This document shows, in pieces, positions 62,633 to 64,000 of a stretch of DNA of 64,000 bases. Made by a program: the position numbers and the translations under genes. The stretch comes from Neocallimastix sp. 'constans' (Eukaryota): assembly GCA_050613775.1 (NCBI GenBank), contig JBODTK010000001.1, positions 1,922,001 through 1,986,000 of the forward strand. Direction: 5' to 3'. The stretch's first letter is position 1. Every line of letters starts with the position of its first letter. Under the pieces are notes generated by a model, which was given only the letters and a program-made list of their open reading frames with translations, was not told the origin of the DNA and searched no databases.

Positions 62633-64000
62633 CTTGGTAGCTATTTATTTATTTATTTATATTGATTTAAAAAAAATTTTTTTAATTATTTTTAAAAATA
62701 ATTATATATAAATATAAAAAAAAAATATATTATATAAATATTTAGTACAAATAATGTTTTTTATTTATTAATATTTAAATTTAAATTTAAATTTTTTTAA
62801 AAAAAAATGAAAAAAAAAAAAAGAAAAGCTTTATATATATATAAAAGTTTGAAACTTTTTTTTTTTTTAATATTGATGATAATAATAATACTATTATTAC
62901 TTTTATTTTGTGGTGTTTTATTATTATTTTTGTTTATTAAAAAAATTTTTTATCTATAGTGGAGTAGCGGCCTATCACTACTTTTTATCTATCGGTATAT
63001 CAATTTTTAATATAAAAATTTATATTCTTTTTTTATAAAAATAATATATATTAACTAAATATTTTTTTGATATATATAAGTTAAATACTGTATAATCAAC
63101 TACACTACATAAAAACTTGAAATATAACTTTAAAAACTTTTTTTTTTATTTTTTGATTACTTTATTTTTTTTTTAATTCTTCTTTCTGTTTATTTATTTC
63201 TCTTAAAAAAAAATAAAAAAATAATAAAAAAATAATTTACCTTTTTTTTTTATTTTTTTAATTAAAAAAAATATTTATACAGAATAATAAAAAAAATATG
63301 TATAAATTAAATAAATTGATTTTATAAATAAGTTATTTTCTGTTTTTTTTTTTATTTTTTATTATAAAAACAATGAAAATTTTATAAATATTTTATTATT
63401 GCGAAATGCTTTTTGATTTATTTTTTTTTTTTTTTTGATTTTTTTGATTTATTTAGTTTTTTTTGTTTGTTTGTTTTGCTTTTTTTCTTTAACTATACAA
63501 TTTTTTTTTTTTTTTTTTGTTTAAATAATTGATAATTATAAAAAATATATAAAAAAAAATATTATTTATATATTATTTAAAATTTTGTATAAAATAAATC
63601 TAAATATTAAAAATTAATCTTAAAAAAAAAATAAAAACTTTAAGCAATATAATATAAATTCTTTTTCTTTCTATAGATATATAAAAAAATTTTTTTCTTT
63701 AAATTTACTATAAGCTTAACTATTGATTTGTAATATTTATATTATTTTAATATTTAAAAAAAAAATAAAAAAAAATTTGATTATTATTTTGATTTTAATT
63801 TTTTTTTTTTTCTACTTTGTTATACTTTTTTAATATATAATTTAGTTTATATATTTATTTTTTTTTTATTTTTTTTTGGATTGATATTAAATATTTTATT
63901 TTATTTTTTTTTTGTTTGTTTGTTTTTTACAAAAATTTAAATATATTTATATTTTTTTAATATTTAGTTTTCCTCTTTAATTTATTTTATAACTTTTTTT

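Overview
Extremely AT-rich, intron-rich eukaryotic DNA with long homopolymer and microsatellite tracts. The gene set and composition suggest an anaerobic gut fungus (Neocallimastigomycota; inferred). Spliced genes in order: casein kinase II beta (+), AICAR transformylase/IMP cyclohydrolase ADE16/17 (-), nicastrin-like gamma-secretase subunit (+), Sec24 (-), bystin/Enp1 (+), NSF/Sec18 (-), secreted multi-CBM18 GH18 chitinase (+), RING-H2 E3 ligase (+), long-form tRNase Z (-). An intronless YneE/UPF0187-type bestrophin (-) lies near the end. Mobile DNA: a probable 5'-truncated LINE tail near 35.5 kb, a decayed Ty1/copia element (about 40.1-47.7 kb) carrying a full-length non-LTR retrotransposon with a 14-bp target-site duplication, and a very degenerate gypsy-like remnant near 58 kb. 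The most unusual object is the nested LINE. It appears to have one ORF (RRM-like N-terminus fused to APE endonuclease, RT and CCHC knuckle, with one frameshift), and its first 40 nt fold by eye into a canonical box C/D kink-turn hairpin. Exon boundaries were read manually and are approximate.
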